Positions 62,614-64,000 of a stretch of 64,000 bases of DNA are shown here, piece after piece. The first letter of the stretch is position 1, and every line of letters begins with the position of its first letter. A program made the position numbers and the translations under genes. The notes below the pieces were generated by a model. The model was not told the origin of the DNA. It searched no databases and saw nothing but the letters and a program-made list of their open reading frames with translations. Origin of the DNA: an uncultured Gammaproteobacteria bacterium (GTDB lineage Bacteria > Patescibacteriota > Patescibacteriia > Patescibacteriales > UBA12465); contig CAZYNT010000004.1 in assembly GCA_964648205.1 (NCBI GenBank), forward strand, positions 5,588-69,587, given 5' to 3'.

Positions 62614-63399
62614 TTATTTTTTAACTACCGACAATTTTGATTCTCCTTTGATATTTTTGAGATCGCGGAAAATATAGTAAGTGTAGATGATGATTATAGG
62701 CGCGACCAAAGCCCAGAGAATATTCATGAAACTATTATAGATTATATAACCCAGGCTGCCCGCTTCCAAAGCTTCCAGAGGGGCGGATAAAATAACGCTG
62801 GCGACAACAACGATAAGACCGATGAAAAACGTGCGTCCGCAGACCGCCCACCAATAGCCCTTAACCAGCTCCTTGCTTCTTTTTAAAGCCGAGTATCCCT
62901 TAAAATCTTCAAAGAAGAAAGTATAATTGACAAGCGTGAAATAGACAGCAAAAATAATACCCGGAATTATGAGAAGAAGGGTCCATAGACCAATAACGAC
63001 CGAAACGACAATTGAGACCCAGACATAGCTCCAAAAATACCCTTTGCTCTGAATAAAGTTTTCTTTAGCTGAACTATAATTATTCTTGATCAAAAGCACC
63101 ATGGCCGCTCTGACTAAAATACCATAATAAACCGCCCAGAGAAGGGTCAGAAAGCCGAGAATGACCAAAATTAAACCAACAGCGGGGTTGTCGACGCCAA
63201 AAGCCGATAAAAAGAGAAATGCAACCAAAACAACCAAGAAAGGAATAAGACCGACCAATCCGCGGAGATAAATCTCGACGAATTTTTTAATGTTTTGCGC
63301 GTAAACCTTGCACGCCTCTTCAAGCATATTGAAAACCGGAGTTAATTTTGCTTTGGCTTGAGCTTCGGCCGGTTCCGCGCTTGTTTTTTCTTGATCCAT
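62614..63399 (-). CDS. Polytopic membrane protein of unknown function
   Basis: 261-aa ORF with about 6 TM helices, between the NuoF-like gene and hydA. Confidence 0.5.
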   Translation of the reverse strand: MDQEKTSAEPAEAQAKAKLTPVFNMLEEACKVYAQNIKKFVEIYLRGLVGLIPFLVVLVAFLFLSAFGVDNPAVGLILVILGFLTLLWAVYYGILVRAAMVLLIKNNYSSAKENFIQSKGYFWSYVWVSIVVSVVIGLWTLLLIIPGIIFAVYFTLVNYTFFFEDFKGYSALKRSKELVKGYWWAVCGRTFFIGLIVVVASVILSAPLEALEAGSLGYIIYNSFMNILWALVAPIIIIYTYYIFRDLKNIKGESKLSVVKK

Positions 63400-63414
63400 A
63401 AAATTAAAATTAAT

Positions 63415-64000
63415 TTAAGCTTCTAATATATTTAAAAAATAACTTTTTACTGGAATCGGGAGCGATCGGCCGAGCGCGCAGAAGCTTGATTCTTCAAGCG
63501 CCGCGACCAGTTCCCAAAATAACTTTTTATCGTATTTCTTCTGATTAACCAGTTCTTTAAGGCGGTAGGTACCTTCGCGGCAAACTGTACAATTGCCGCA
63601 ACTCTGCTCATGATAAAAATTTAGCCAATATTTAAGTAATTTATGCTTATCTGTTTTTTCAAAATCATAGACCATAATCGAGCCGGCGCCCTCAACCGGC
63701 CCGCCCAATTGATCTAAGCGTAAGACTTCTCCGGCCGCTTCCCCGCCGACTTGGACGAAAAATTTATAGTCCGGAAAATTATTGGTTTTACGCAAAACCT
63801 CTTCTATCGTTAGCTCCGCCGGAAGAGAATACACGCCGCGATGTTTGACGGCTCCACTTATAGTATAAAACCGCTCATTCTTAAATTTATTTTTGCCGAC
63901 CAGGCTAACATCGTAAAAAGTTTCCGTATTATTGATTAAGGTCGGCGCTTTATATAAGCCGGCGCTAGTCGGATACGGCGGTTTTAGCCGCGGCTCTACT
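63415..64000 (-). CDS. NuoF/HndC-like flavoprotein subunit, C-terminal part (5'-truncated by window edge)
   Basis: The frame stays open to the window end, so the track M at 63834 is an internal GTG. Translation includes KPPYPTSAGLYKAPTLINNTETFY (NuoF PPFPxxxGLxGxPTxxNNxET motif) and the 4Fe-4S motif SCGNCTVCREG. Confidence 0.75.
   Translation of the reverse strand, partial: VEPRLKPPYPTSAGLYKAPTLINNTETFYDVSLVGKNKFKNERFYTISGAVKHRGVYSLPAELTIEEVLRKTNNFPDYKFFVQVGGEAAGEVLRLDQLGGPVEGAGSIMVYDFEKTDKHKLLKYWLNFYHEQSCGNCTVCREGTYRLKELVNQKKYDKKLFWELVAALEESSFCALGRSLPIPVKSYFLNILEA

Noticed and set aside
1-64000. CRISPR arrays, tRNA/rRNA genes, IS elements, prophage, and toxin-antitoxin or known defence systems.
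   Set aside because: - I found no regularly spaced direct repeats.
- No GTTCGAAT/T-loop contexts occur in the few non-coding gaps.
- No transposase, integrase (other than a Xer-type recombinase), capsid or terminase-like ORFs were seen.
- This is a by-eye scan, so short or degenerate elements could be missed.
1-64000. An alternative genetic code (UGA read as Gly, code 25, as in some CPR lineages).
   Set aside because: Standard-code translation gives full-length, uninterrupted versions of all conserved genes, with motifs intact to their normal C-termini. There is therefore no evidence that any stop codon is reassigned.

Overview
This 64-kb window comes from a gene-dense, AT-rich bacterial chromosome. 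No rRNA, tRNA, CRISPR array, transposase or phage integrase was recognised by eye. About 60 coding genes can be supported.

Gene content:
- Housekeeping: uvrA (3' end), a compact uvrC, rplJ-rplL, secE-nusG-rplK-rplA, rpmA, gltX, serS, metG, dnaX, pyrG, alr, ftsQ-like, tsaD, rsmI, cca, nifS/nifU and corA.
- A roughly 14-kb cell-surface glycan locus: DUF4012, an O-antigen-ligase-like protein, two GT4 glycosyltransferases, a Wzz-like protein and a methyltransferase.
- An [FeFe]-hydrogenase module at the right edge.
- Many secreted or single-pass membrane proteins of unknown function.

Several traits suggest a small-genome CPR/Patescibacteria-like organism. These are compact proteins, DUF4012, starts that mostly lack a Shine-Dalgarno (SD) sequence, near-consensus TTGACA-17-TATAAT promoters, and Lys-rich tails on ribosomal proteins. 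This is inference only.

Most noteworthy hidden signals:
- A dif-like Xer recombination site (28016-28043). It shares 16 consecutive nt with E. coli dif and sits where transcription from the two strands converges.
- A promoter- and terminator-bounded structured RNA candidate of about 275 nt (1037-1312, minus strand) that I could not assign to a known class.
- Ribosomal-protein operator mimics upstream of rplJ and rplA.
- A 57-aa ferredoxin gene missing from the ORF track. It heads an 11-gene operon that contains a VirD4/TraD-like ATPase and a small partner protein.
- Two gene fusions: TsaC-TsaE and TagA-Nudix.
- A three-gene island of secreted proteins, flanked by a 9-bp direct repeat, inside the glycan locus.
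- A 19-bp tandem duplication of the rplA 3' end.

All functional calls rest on motif recognition in the supplied translations. No database search was run.
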